DNA from: Centroscyllium fabricii
Lineage: Eukaryota
Direction of reading: 5' to 3'
NCBI GenBank assembly: GCA_051313645.2
Contig: JBNRSN020000003.1
Coordinates: 501,022,001 to 501,086,000, forward strand
DNA length: 64,000 bases
Shown here: piece after piece, positions 49,410-61,910 of the stretch
Layout: every line of letters begins with the position of its first letter
How positions within the stretch are numbered: the first letter of the stretch is position 1
Notes under the pieces: generated by a model
Seen by the model: only the letters and a program-made list of their open reading frames with translations
Database searches by the model: none
Told to the model about the DNA's origin: nothing
Program-made: the position numbers and the translations under genes

Positions 49410-51528
49410 TTTGGGTCCAGTTTTAGTGGGGAATTGACCAGCGATATTACTGCAGAAGAGCTGAAGCTTTCATTAGTTTCACTGCTTGCTGGCTCTGTGT
49501 TGGGGTGGGGCGGCGTGGGGGGAGGGGCTGCACAGCGCAGCCAATTTTGAAGCTGTTATTGAAAGACCGCAAGCGCATGTGTCAAATCCTGGAGTTGCGC
49601 TCAGTTTCAAAGGTGGTATGATACCGTACGCTGACAGTTCGCTGTCATACTGACCGCAGATTCAGGGCCATTGTCTTTACTAATAATTTGATAAGGTGAC
49701 TTTATACAGAATTAAAATGTTGTTTTCAAAATGTATACATGGACTTCTAACTTGTCATTAAAACTGGCAACCAATAATTCATCTAATAATTTTAACTTTA
49801 TTTGCATAATTTCAACTTTACAGTGAATACAATACACCCTGTACTAACAATTTGAATGTGAGATAAACAAGAGATTAAATATACATGAAAGATTGCTTAA
49901 TTGGTATTTTGAGTACTGAATTTCCCATTGCAGTCCTAAAAATAGATCTGGTTTCTAACTCCGAGCTTGTTCAGATGATTTAAAAAAAATTAACTTGTAA
50001 TCCTCCATATTGTGAAACAGAATTGTAAGCATAAATATTGTCTCCTTCTGATGTTCCGCACACTCAGTAATTTAGTTTAAATGTTATTTGAAACTGAAAG
50101 ATTAAAACAACACATGATGTTTTGTAGATTGGTGTGGTGACATTCTGCCCAACATCCTCTCTCTCGCTGCTTCAATCGGTTGCTCCAAGAATTCTGATTT
50201 TTATTTAATGTTCATTCTAAGGGCTAAATTCCACTGCGATAAAATTGCCTCTTCACATTGCTGATGTGTCACAAAGTCTAGAAGGTCTGAGAATGATGCA
50301 TCTGGCTTTTAATAACAGCTTAGAGGAAAGATTAGGGGAGTCTTTCTTGTTCAAAGTACTCCTGCAGTGTCTTTTTTTAAAGAAATATTCTGTTGTAGGA
50401 GTCGTTGGAAATAAACAGACTGCGAGACTTTCGTAGCAACAAAGAAAAACGCGTGTTAGCTTTATTAATTCTCCGCATGGACTGAGGGACTCGGCCTCGT
50501 CGCATGGCTATGACGTCATCGCACAATCGACGACTCTTAAAGGGACTCTGACCCGATAACCCAACCAAGTTCCGTACATAACGCGGAGCGATAACAACAT
50601 TGGCTATACATAGTGAATTGTGTTACTGTCCCTATGTGGTCTCCGCCACACTGTGACTTTTTAAAAGGGTGGGGGGACTCTTCTAACAGAGATCTGTTAT
50701 TTTGGGTCGTCTTCCTTCTAGGTCACAGTGCGATGTGCAAGAGGTAATATATGCAGCGTACCCAGCTGGTGTATTGATTCTCTTGGGTGCAATGGCAACA
50801 CATAAGCTTCGAGGCCAGGCTGATGATGTAGCTCCCAGCACAACTGAACGTTGTCACTCTGGAATGCACACAGCCCATTCCCAGTAGTAATTTCACTGCC
50901 GCAACCTGGAGGAAATGGGAGCCAAACCTCCAAGGGTAGTAAATATATTTATTTTACCAGCAATAATTATTTTGACACAGATTTTCTTTTCCAGAGACAT
51001 TAGGGGGAATTTTCGTGGGCCGGGCGGGCGGGGTTTTGGGCGGGCGGGAGATGAAAATTAGAAATTTTTGGTTCCCGCCCAAGCCCGCCCATTTCCCGCC
51101 GGTTTCGAATTTTCGTCCCGACTTTTTTGCCGCCCCGAATCCGTCCCGCCGGTGCCCGGCGGGGATTCTTGTTGAGGTCGTTAAGGGCCCTTAATTGGCA
51201 TCAGTAATGCCATTTTAAGGGCCCATCGCCATTTTCATGCGTTTCACACACAAATCCCGCCAAGATAAACCCCGTCAGGTGAAACCCTTGTGTGAACTCC
51301 GTGGGACTGCTGAGTATCTGTGTCTGGTCACTCAATGAAGGCTCACATTTAATCAGCCATCATTCGCTTGGCCAAACACATTGTTGTCTCAGTCCTGGCG
51401 ATATTAGCAACAGCCTTCAGCACACCTGTGGAAGGTTGAATCCTCAAACACTTCTGCAGTGTGACCTGGGAAAGCCCCCCCACCACCCCTCAGTCAGTGC
51501 TTCCTCAGCCGAGGCTGCCAGCACAGCC

Positions 51529-52779
51529 ATGGGAGCCGTTTTTTTCCTTCCCTTCCTGGGATTGCATGATCTCTACCAGGAGCAGATGCGGCTACAGCAG
51601 CAACAGCACCAGCCACACCAGGAGCCTGACGCTCCTGCGGACCCTCCGGGGGCAGCATGGGCCAGAAGGCATCGGCGCATCTGAGGCCGTCACCGCAGAA
51701 GATACCCCCCAAACAGGGTCTACAGAGTCCGAGCCACCTACCTCAACATGAGTGAGCGGCGGTGCCAAAGGCGACTCCGACTTTCCCGACAGGCAGTCAC
51801 AGACATCTGCGCCATGCTGCAGCAAGAGCTGGAGCCCAGGACACCATGTAGACATGCCTTACCAGTGGCCCTAAAAGTCACCACCGCACTCAACTTCTTT
51901 GCCTCGGGCTCATTCCAGGGATCAGCAGCTGACATCAGCGGAATCTCCCAGTCGGCCGCACACTCCTGCATCACCCAGGTAACCGATGCCCTCTTTGCCC
52001 GCGCCCACAATTTCATCCATTTTACCACCGATCGCACAAGTGTGAGGGCCCGAGCGATTGGAATGGCTCGTCTGGCAGGCTTCCCAAGGGTACAGGGCAT
52101 CATTGACTGCACACATGTGGCCCTTAGGGCACCCAACGACAACCCAGTAGCTTTTCTCAACCGCAAGGGCTTCCATTCACTCAATGTTCAACTGGTGTGT
52201 GACCACAACAAGGAGTTTTTGCATGTGTGTGCCAGGTACCCTGGCAGCTGCCATGACTCCTATGTCCTGCGCCACTCAACCTTGCCTACGCTCTTCACAC
52301 CGCCGGACCAGCTTCCGGGGTGGCTCCTTGGAGACAAGGGCTATCTCCTCAGGACTTGGCTCATAACGGCGGTCAGGAAGCCAGCCAATGAGGCTGAGGA
52401 GAACTACAACTCCAGACACATCTTCACCAGAAGCATTATAGAGCACACCATCGGCTTGCTCAAGATGCGTTTCAGATGTTTGGACAGATCAGGTGGAGCC
52501 CTGCAATACACCCCAGCCAGGGTCTCCAGAATGGTAGTGGTATGCTGTCAACTTCACAACATGGCCCAGCGCCGTGGCTTGCAAACTCCTGACCAAGACC
52601 TGCCTCCTCGCATACCGTCCTCAGATGAGGAAGAGGAGGAGGAGGAGGAAGAAGAGGAGGAGGTAGAGGAGGAGGAGGACGGGGTTGCTGCCGCTCGACC
52701 CCAGCCAGCGCCACCATTACGCGAGAACGTTGCTGCCCGGCAAGCAAGGATGGAGCTCATTCTTGCAAGATTTTCGTAG
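51529..52779 (+). CDS. Harbinger DDE transposase (HARBI1-like); one in-frame TGA at 51682-51684, 343-aa core from 51748 intact
   Basis: HTH ([10 protein letters not shown]), [40 protein letters not shown], acidic tail; upstream MGAVFF start is in the same frame and matches the copy at 24655. Confidence 0.9.
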
Positions 52780-54025
52780 ACTACTCAAGCCAGCTTGTGT
52801 TACTCTCCTCATCCTACCAGCGCATCCTCAATGACACACTCCAATCAGCTCCACAGCTCATACCTGCATGCGCCCACTACTGTAACAACATCTGTGGGGG
52901 GGGGGGTTGGGGGAGTGTGAATCGGTTGCTGGCAACTGCCTATGAAGGCTTTCTGCGCTCGCCCATCCAGCCACGCCCCTGACGCACCACACATTTCTTG
53001 GATGAACATGGTCCCACCCAAACATCCATCCATCCATCACATGCAATAATGAACACAGAAACATTCAAGGTTGCAACTGCAACATGCTGTTTAGTACATA
53101 CATTAAGCAAACAAGGCCACATGCATGGTTGTTCAACTGATGACTAGCACTTATGATTCACTACATTAATGATGTCCCAGGCATCTCAGCTGCAGACATG
53201 CAGGTTGAAACAGTCAAAATGTCATTATCAGCAATGCTGCACCTCAGCCAGTCCACTTTGGAGCTTGAAACTTCATATCCATTGTCAATCATGTTCCCCC
53301 CTCTCACGAGCTGCCCCTCCCTTTTCAAGAGTGACACATAATGACAAACCAGGGCAGCGCACCCGCACATGAGGCAGCAGTAGTGGAGTGCGGTGAGGGT
53401 CAATGTCTGGTGGTTCTTCACCCACCTGATCTTGTTTAATGTGTCCGAGCTGAGGCATGCTGGCACCATGGCTCCTTGGCCATTCCATCAGGGTCAGGTG
53501 CTGTGAGGGGCCATTTGAAGCCAGATGATGTTGGATGCGTGGGTACTTTGGACAGTTGCCGCATCTTTTCTTTGGCCACCTCCATCCGTTTAAGGTTTTG
53601 TTCCTGTAAAAGTTCAGCACTGAGGCGTGTTTGCTGCTGTAGCGAAAACATCAGGTGGCTTGTTCAGTTAACCTGGTCATCCTTTGGTCCACACATCGGT
53701 CATACAGTCCCTCTGTTCGCTGGTGTGCGTCCCCATGAGGGTAGGCCGGTTTCAAGAACCTTCACTGTTAACCATTCAGCTGCACTGTGCTGTGGAACCT
53801 CATTCGTCCTGCTGTAAGTCCTTCTGCCATGTTGCATCAGCATCGTTGCATATCTGTGAGGCCTGCCCGATTGCTGCCCAGCCTGCATAAGGTGTCAATG
53901 TGGAAGGGGCATTCGCAAGATGTCAGACATGACAACTGCATCTGGTGGCACCTCAGTGGTCTGCTGTGTGACCACTGATTTTGGAGACCTAACTTACACT
54001 AACACCCAAGTGACTCCCGTTGTGC

Positions 54026-56533
54026 CTAAGGGTGCTTACTGGTTCTTCTACGAGTGCTCCTACGTGTTGCTATCCCTGTGGTGTCAGCAGATGTGGAGGC
54101 CCCCTGCGGAGTGCCCTGCTGCTCCTGTGTGGACACCTTTGGCGGGCGTCCTCTGGGGCGGCGAGCCGGTGGGGTCTCGCTACCAGTCTGCTGCTCCTGC
54201 GGCTGCGCAGGGTATGAGACTTCCATCTCAGGCGCATGGGGACTCCAGCGGGCGTCTGACCGAGGGCTCTGCAGTGGTGTGGACGTGGGAGCGCTTGGAG
54301 AGGAGCCCCCACCTCCTTCAGCTGCACCACCAACCTCCCTCTCATGGGTCACCTCCCCCTCAGCGCCAGCAAGTGGCTGAATAGCACCTTGCTGCACTTC
54401 AGGGGGGCCATGGGGACCCGTTTCTGAAGTGGATGTCCTACTCAGAGGGGCTTCCAGGAAGGTCTAGGTCATCTGCTCAATAGATGGGACACAATAGATA
54501 GGCATCCTCTCCAACTTCTACCGCTGCACAATAGAAAGCATACTGACAAGCTGCATCACAGTCTGGTATGGAAATTGCACTATCTCGGACCGGAAAACCC
54601 TGCAGCGGGTAGTCAAAACTGCCCAACGAATCACCGGTACCCAGCTACCGTCAATGGAAAGCATCTACCTCAAACGCTGCTTACGGAGGTCTCTGAACAT
54701 TATTAAAGACCACACACACCCCAGCCACAGTCTGTTCGCCCCCCTGCCCTCCGGGAGACGCTACAGATCAATTCGCACCCGCACGACTAGATTTAAGAAC
54801 AGCTTCTTCCCCAGGGCTGTCAGCCTCCTGAACTCTAAAAAAATAAACTCCGGTACCTGCACGCCTGATAATGTACTTTACTGTATGCAATTTGCATGTA
54901 ATTTTTTGCACTACTCTCGGGAGCGTCGAGTCTTCGTCTCGTTGTATTGTACTAGTACTCTGCAATGACAATAAAACTTGAATTGAATTGAATAGATGCC
55001 ACTCGCTGCTCAGGAGATGTGTATCTATTGTGTGCAGTGCCCATGTCTTCGAAAGACTGGCCATTTATGTGCTCGATGGCCGTGGCCATCCTCTCGTCCA
55101 CGGTCGCTATCCTTTCCATGGTGGTCGCCATCCTTTCCATGGTGGTTGCCATCCTTTCCATGGTGATGCAATCATGCGACACTGACTCTGCAAGGTCGCT
55201 TCTCATGCTTGCGACAGACTCCTCCATTCGCATGACACTCGCAGCTACCTGGGAGACAAAACCTGTCGGAGACTCCTGCATCTGTGTCTGGAGTCCCATC
55301 ATGTGTCCTCTGCCTGATGGATCCAAAGGCGCTGTGTCTACATGCAGCTCAGCTAAGCTGCCAGAGTCCTGCGCCCTCCGACTAGGACTCAGCACTGCTG
55401 TCCCTTTCTCCACAATCTGCTGACGCGCACTAGTGCTGTCTGAATCACCCGGTGACAAGTTATATGTAGCTCTAGGGGGGCCCACCGAGGTGCTAGTATC
55501 TGCGCTGGTGCCGGGTGGAGTCTGTGGTGCTGACGGTGCACCCTCAGGTGGCATGTTCCTCTGAGGACTGGACAGCTCCTGATCAGCTCCGGTTGTCTGT
55601 CCATCTGAGGCTGGACCTGTGGGGCAGTAAAGGCAGAGGTTAGAGATATGTCAGCAAGGTTACATGCAGATAGCATTCAGGAGCTGAGCAGAGCTGCCTC
55701 TGCAGTGCTTTTACATTCATTGTGGCAGTCTCGTGTTAGTTTTAAGATACATAATTAAACCATGCTGTCACCGACTCCAGATTGCCTGCCTGCTTCGCCG
55801 TCACCCACTCCCGGGGCTTGCCCCTCCCCAACGAGGTCCAGCACTGCCTCTTCCCAGGTGGTGAGCTGCTGGATGGTGGGGGGTCCTCCTCCGGTCCCGG
55901 CGCTGTGCCGCTTGTTGGCGGCTGTCTTTTCCTGCAATGAGGGAGAGAAGTGGAGGTTGAGTGAGAAGGAAGGAGTTGTTGCAGCGAGTGAGCAGCAAAG
56001 TTTGCTGTAGGGTGACAAAGATGCAGTGAGCCTGCAAGACCAAAGGCTCTCCCGTGTGCTTCCAGATGTGCAGCAAGCATGAGAGTGAGAGGGAGTGTGA
56101 GGGCTGAATGGAGGGAAAGGACCGTGAGTGTGACCATAGATAGAGAGGGAGAATGGGTAAGGTTGCTTGGAGGTGGTGGCCAAGTGGGATGTGGAGGAAG
56201 GTAGAGGTGAAGATAAGTTGTGGTGAGGAGAGGTGAGGGGGATGAGATTGAGGGTGAGGGGAGATGAATACTTACTCTGGCAGTGCGATGAAGGTCATGC
56301 AGTCGCTTGCGACACTGCAGCCAGGATGTTGCGCCCAAGGAGCTGACCCCCTCAGCCACCTGCTTCCATGCAGCCTTCGTCTGTGAGGGAGGTCTCTTCC
56401 TCCCTGAGGAGGGGAAGAGAACCTCCCTATGGGTAGTTGCCCCCTCGAGCAATGCGTCGAGGGATGCATCGTCAAATTTGGGGGTGGGTCGTCCCCTAGC
56501 GCTGCCCGCTGCAGCACCCTCACGCTCTGCCAT
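54026..56533 (-). pseudogene. Harbinger accessory Myb/SANT-like protein gene (3 predicted exons), disrupted
   Basis: Exon 1 56533-56276 (PKFDDASLDALL...AAWKQVAEGV...WLQCRKRLHDL|gtaag), exon 2 55931-55772 (TGGGPP), exon 3 from 55616 (MERMATT heptads, then RRPRGRPPK); broken by the LINE at 54487-54990 and a TAG just after it. Confidence 0.85.
54487..54990 (+). mobile_element. 5'-truncated Rex1/Babar-type LINE
   Basis: [21 protein letters not shown]...HPSHSLFAPLPSGRRYRS; tail GACAATAAAAC(TTGAA)n; 8-bp TSD AATAGATG (54479-54486, 54991-54998). Confidence 0.92.
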
Positions 56534-56893
56534 CCTGGTGAAGGTTGCAGAGCTGAGAGCAGTGCGGGAGGCGAGCTGTTTTTTTAAAGAAAACCCGAAT
56601 CCTGACGTCATACTGTGCGACTTTCTGACTGGAAATCGGTGATTGGGAAGGCTTCCCACATGTGGGGAATTAATTGGATCGTTGGAGGAAAATTGCATGG
56701 GAAACCCCGCCACCTAATCGGGCGGGCCAAAAACCCGCCCCGCCCAATTCCCGCCAGTTTCCCGCCATTAGACGAAAATTCCCCCCATTGAGGGAATATT
56801 TTGATCGCCTATTCCTGCTAGACTTTCACTCCCCCTTGAGTATAGTTAATGTGTTAGTTTTATAACCGCATCATTTTGTGTTTCTTTTCACAG

Positions 56894-57044
56894 CATGTTT
56901 CTAGATGACTTCCTTGCCACTGGAAAGGAAGGAGACCATGGTCCGCAGTTGGAGTTTGAGCAGCTGCCCTTCAACCACCCGCTTTTTATCATGTATTCTT
57001 CTGGCACAACAGGGGCACCAAAATGCATGGTACATTCAGCTGGG
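56894..57044 (+). CDS. AACS: Acetoacetyl-CoA synthetase exon with the AMP-binding P-loop
   Basis: tcacag|CATGTTT...GCTGGG|gtaggt; 151 nt; (S)[50 protein letters not shown], containing the acyl-CoA synthetase signature YSSGTTGxPK. Confidence 0.97.
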
Positions 57045-57429
57045 GTAGGTAATCCCTGCGGCTTGGAGCGGATAAATATTTTGAGATGAGACCTGTTTAA
57101 TTTTATTTAGCTGTAGTTATTTGAACTTCATCAAGTTGTATTTGAACTTGCATACAGTAGGAAAATGAAAAGTGAAATAGATCTGTATTTTACTTATTAA
57201 AAATGGCATAGGTTTTTGTTCTTTCCCACTCTCTGCTTGTCCATCCCTCCCTCCCTCCCTTTTTTCCATCCTCCCTCCCTTCTTCCCCCCCCCCTTCCTT
57301 CCGAGGTCCCCCCAATTCAAGATTCAGCTCCATCCAAGGTTCTCTCTTCCGCTCCACCCTCTATTCAAACTCATCTCTTCCATTCCTCCCCTATCCATTG
57401 AACCCTCCTTCTATTCACCGTCTGTCTGC

Positions 57430-57750
57430 CTCTCCTTCGCTCCCTCGCCCGTCCTGCCCTCTCCTTCGCACCCTCGCTCTGTCCTTCGCACCCTCGCTCT
57501 GTCCTTCGCTCCCTCTCCTTCGCTCCCTCGCCCGCCCTGTCCTTCGCTCCCTCGCCCGCCCTGCCCTTCGCTCCCTCGCCCGCCCTGCCTTTTGCTTCCT
57601 CGCCCTGTCCTTCATTCCCTGCCATTCCCTCCCTTGGCTGCCTTGTCTTTCGCTCCCTCGCCCGCCCTCTCCTTCGCTCCCTCGCCCGTCCTGCCCTTCG
57701 CTCCCTCGCCCTGCCCTGCCCTTCGCTCCCTCACCCGCCCTGCCCATCGC
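57430..57750. repeat. Pyrimidine-rich minisatellite (~20-24-bp unit)
   Basis: CTTCGCTCCCTCGCCCGCCCTGCC variants repeated about ten times. Confidence 0.8.
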
Positions 57751-58810
57751 GTTACCTTCTCTCATCCATTCAGGTACATTTTCCCCTGGCCTCCATTCTA
57801 CCCTCTTTCACTGTCCATTGTCCCTTCTCTTTCCCTCCAACCTACCAGTTCTCTCAGCCTGATCTCATTAGTTTTATAAGTAGCAGAGTTACCTCGATTG
57901 CTTATTTAGAGGAGTGGCCTCAAAGCTCAGATGGCAGCTAAACGTCACAGCTGTACTCCAGACTTGAGACCCTGTGAGCAATGCCACGTGACACCTATTA
58001 GTAGTTAATAACTTAACTAAATGCAAGTCAAAATAATGTAAGCTTACTCAATTAAAGGTGCTGTACTAATGGAATCCATTGCGAGCATGCACACGCATAA
58101 CCATAATGTAAAAATAAATCTATAATTACATTGGAAGCAATTAGAAAATGGTTTTAAATGAAACTGCCCTTTTCCTGCAGTAGTTTCTTTCTGAATTCAA
58201 CAGATGCTTCAATTAACATTTAATTTTGAATACCATGTTTTGGCAGGATCTTAAATGCTTTCATTTGGAATGTGGAACATTAATCTGCAAAGTATAGCTA
58301 CTAGATGTTTAAAATATTGAGAATCGGGTTACATCCTATTCATTTGTAATAAGTTAATTCAGTCAGTTCAATATCCCTATTCAAAACGATTTCTGTGGAT
58401 TCCAAATTCAAATACTCTATTTTGATTCAGTGGTTTAATTTTTCAAAAATCAGCATAGTTTCATGATGTTGGATATAATCTTATAGGCTTTTATACTGCT
58501 AATAATTGTGTACATGACTAAATATTTAGTAACTTCCTTTATATTTTGGATTCTATGTTGCCGACCTTATTAAAAATGCCAGTTTAGAAATGTAATCTTG
58601 GTCTGAAAATGTTGCAATTTTGCTTAAATTATAACATTTTCCTTTATAATTTCATCAACCTCGCTGAGCTATGGTTTTGTAAAAGGTATCTTAGTATCAC
58701 ATCCTCTGCAGTTACGTGCTGGTGAGAGTTGAGATGGATGTGGCTAGCTTTAAACTTCAAGAACATTGGATTGTAAGTTAGAGTAGAAGCTTATGTTATG
58801 TACCATAATG

Positions 58811-60438
58811 GAAGCTGAGGTCCCCACCATCACAGAAGCCAGTCTTCAGCCAATTCGATTCACTCCACATGATAATCAAGAAACGGCTGAGTGCACTGGA
58901 TACAGCAAAGGCTGTGGGCCCCGACAACATCCTGGTTACTGTGCTGAAGACTTGTGCTCTGGAACTAGCCGCACCTCTAGCCAAGCTGTTCCAGTGCAGC
59001 TACAACACTGGCATCTATCTGACAATGTGGAAAATTGACTAGGTATGTCCTGTCCACAAAAAGCAGGACAAATCCAACCCGGCCAATTATCACCCCATCA
59101 GTCTACTCTCAATCATCAGCAAAGTGATGGAAGGTGTCATCGACGGTGCTATCAAGCAGCACTTACTCACCAATAACCTGCTCACTGATGCCCAGCTTGG
59201 GTTCTGCCAAGACCACTTGGCTCCCAACCTCATTACAGCCCTGGTCTAGAGGTGAGGTGAGAGTGACTGCCCTTGGCATCAAGGCAGCATTTGACCGAGT
59301 GTGGCATCAAGGAGCCCAACTAAAACTGAAATCACTGGGAATCGGGGGGGAAAACGCTCCACTGGCTAGAGTCATACCTAGCACAAAGGAAGATGGTTGT
59401 GGTGGTTGAAGGTCAATCATCACCGCCCCAGGACATCGCTGCAGGAGTTCCTCAGGGGAGTGTCCTAGGCCCAACCATCTTCAGCTGCTTCATCAATGAC
59501 CTTCCCTCCAACATAAGGTCAGAAATGGGGATGTTCGCTTATGCCTGCACAGTGTTCAGTGCCATTCACAACTCCTCAAATAATGAAGCAGTCCGTGCCC
59601 GCATGCAACAAGACCTGGACGATGTTCAGTCTTGGGCTGATAAGTGGCAGGTGACATTCGCGCCACAGAAGTGCCAGGCAATGACCATCTCCAACAAGCG
59701 AGAGTCTAACCACCACCCCATGACATTCAACGGCATTACCATCGCCGAATCCCCCACCATCAACATCCTGGGGGTCACCATTGACCAGAAACTTAACTGG
59801 ACCAGCCACATAAATACTGTGGCAACAAGAGCAGGTCAGAGGCTGGGTATTCTGCAGCGAGTGTCTCACCTTCTGACTCCCCAAAGCCTTTCCACCATCT
59901 ACAAGGCACAAGTAAGGAGTGTGATAGAATACTCTCCACTTGCCTGAATGAGTGCAGCTCCAACAACACTTAAGAAGCTCAACACCATCCAGGACAAAGC
60001 AGCCCCATTGATTGGCATCCCATCCACCACCTTAAACATTCACTCCCTCCACCACCGGCCCACCTTGTCTGCAGTGTGTACCATCTACAAGATGCACTGC
60101 AGCAATGCGCCAAGGCTTCTTCGGCAGCACCTCTCAAACCCGCGACCTCTTCCACCTAGAAGGACAAGGGCAGCAGGTGCATGAGAACACCACCACCTCC
60201 ACGTTCCCCTCCAAGTCACACACGATCCTGACTTAGAAGTATATCGCCGATCCTTCATCGTCACTGGGTCAAAATCCTGGAACTCCCTTCCTAACAGCAC
60301 GGTGGGAGTACCTTCACCACAGGGACTGCAACTGTTCAAGAAGGTGGCTCACCACCACCTTCTCGAGGGCGATTAGGAATGGGCAGTAAATGCTGGCCTT
60401 GCCAGCAACACCCACATCCCATAAAATTAAAAAAAACA
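58811..60438 (+). mobile_element. CR1-group LINE, 5'-truncated and degenerate
   Basis: PVHKKQDKSNPANYHPISLLS, IKAAFDRVWH, VPQGSVLGPTIFSCFINDL; stops and frameshifts; A-rich tail. Confidence 0.88.
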
Positions 60439-60867
60439 GAGTCTCCAAAATGTGGCCTGGCATGGGCATGGGTATGAAGACAAGTGTAAAGTTTCGTCCT
60501 GCAGAAGTTTTGGTATTGGATGAAGAAAGCCGATAATTATTAACTGATAATGGACGTCTATTTTGAATCTGAGTGTCAGTGATTCAGCAGTGAGTCCCTA
60601 CAGTTTCTTTGGCATTTTGAAGTCATTTTTTGTTTGAAGAAAGAACCTCCTTTTTCAGGAGGCATTTTTGTATAATTTCAATTTGAGTGAATTGTTAATT
60701 TGCATTAAGCAACTTTGAATTAGGAGCAGTCGACTGCCTGGTCCTGAAAATGCACAATGTTTTGGGTGGATTCAGAGTGGGCGGGGTGGTCTTTGGGGCA
60801 GTACCTGTTTACGCTGGGTCTGCACCCTGTTTGGGCAGTGGCAAGTTTCCCTGATGTGAGTGGGCAG

Positions 60868-61130
60868 TGTCGTAAAGCATGACTTCCTAAATAACCTAGG
60901 AAGAGTTGCTGGTTGGACTTCCAAACAACTTGGGAACAGTTACTGGTTGGCCAGCTGAGGGCACCTGACCAGGGAGTATAAATACTGGGGCCTAAGCACC
61001 AGTTTAAACAGAGACACTCTAGAACTAGGAGCCTAGTGACTGTGAACTAGCTCTCTGTCTTTATGTTATGTTATAAGTTGAATAAAGCCTTGCTTTATGT
61101 TCACTAAAAGCTTGGTAAGTCTTTATGACA
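60868..61130 (+). mobile_element. Solo LTR
   Basis: TGTCGTAAAG...CTTTATGACA inverted termini, TATAAA near 60977, AATAAA at 61081, flanks GCAG/TCAG (imperfect 4-bp TSD). Confidence 0.72.
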
Positions 61131-61799
61131 TCAGGCAGTGCCTGCATCCATCCCCTCTAAACCTGACATCATAGAAGGAGAAAATGACTCGTGGGATGAA
61201 ACAATCCGAGAGAATCCCAGCCAGTCATGCCTTTGCTGCTCCCAAGGGACTGTAGCGTGTAACGGACGTACAGTAGTTTCAAGCTGGCAGAAATAGGGCA
61301 TCTCCCCCCAAATTCGAAAAAGCTAATTTCCATACAGCAATCGGTCTTAAAGTGGGCTTCTTCAAGAAACCCATGATCTTTGGCTGCCACTTGACCCCAG
61401 AGGCTGCTATTTCCAGCACTCCCACTGTGGGCGGCTGACCATCTTATGGGAACACGCCTGACCCTGGGAACCTTGGTGGGCTCAGGACTGTAGCTGACAT
61501 GCACACAGGGCGTTTTTCTGCACCTTCATTAGGGTGGCAGAGCGGGGTTGTGGATTTTCTGGGCCGATATGTTTACATTGGCAGGCAATATAGTTGTGGT
61601 GAGTGATACTGTCCTAGGTTTAAAAAAAAATCCCACAAATGAATTGTGGATGCAGAGGTTATCTTTCTGAAATTGCTGTATAGTTGACTACCATGACTTA
61701 AGAATTCTAATTACACTACACGGGTGGATTTTATTTTACGTCTTTACGATGGTAGTGAGTAACAGTAGTCAGTTGCTGATGAACTGGCTAAATATCTGA

Positions 61800-61910
61800 T
61801 GATAACAAAATACTGCAGATGCTGGAAATCCAAAACAACAACAGAAAATGCTGGTAAAACTCAGCAGTTCAGGCAGCATCGGTGGAGAGAAACAGAGTCA
61901 ACGTTTCGGG
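61800..61910 (-). mobile_element. Penelope pLTR fragment
   Basis: AAAATACTGCAGATGCTGGAAATC...GGCAGCATCGGTGGAGAGAAACAGAG, same family as 32041 and 33033. Confidence 0.65.

Larger units (their letters stand above)
47856..49669. mobile_element. Older Harbinger-type MITE hosting nested insertions
   Basis: TIR GGCCTGGAATTTGCGGCCAG / CTGACCGCAGATTCAGGGCC; flanks TTT/ATT. Confidence 0.65.
51002..56786. mobile_element. Complete PIF/Harbinger DNA transposon (decaying)
   Basis: TIR GGGGGAATTTTCGT / ACGAAAATTCCCCC; 3-bp TSD ATT (50999-51001, 56787-56789); convergent transposase and Myb/SANT genes. Confidence 0.95.

Noticed and set aside
51529-52779. Domesticated host gene HARBI1
   Set aside because: Enclosed by TIRs and a TSD, paired with a Myb gene, has an upstream in-frame stop and a degenerate paralog in the same window.
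55742-56713. 323-aa single-exon protein
   Set aside because: It reads through an intron; the coding part starts at 56533 and ends at the donor at 56276, and the rest is low-complexity intron or an out-of-frame exon.
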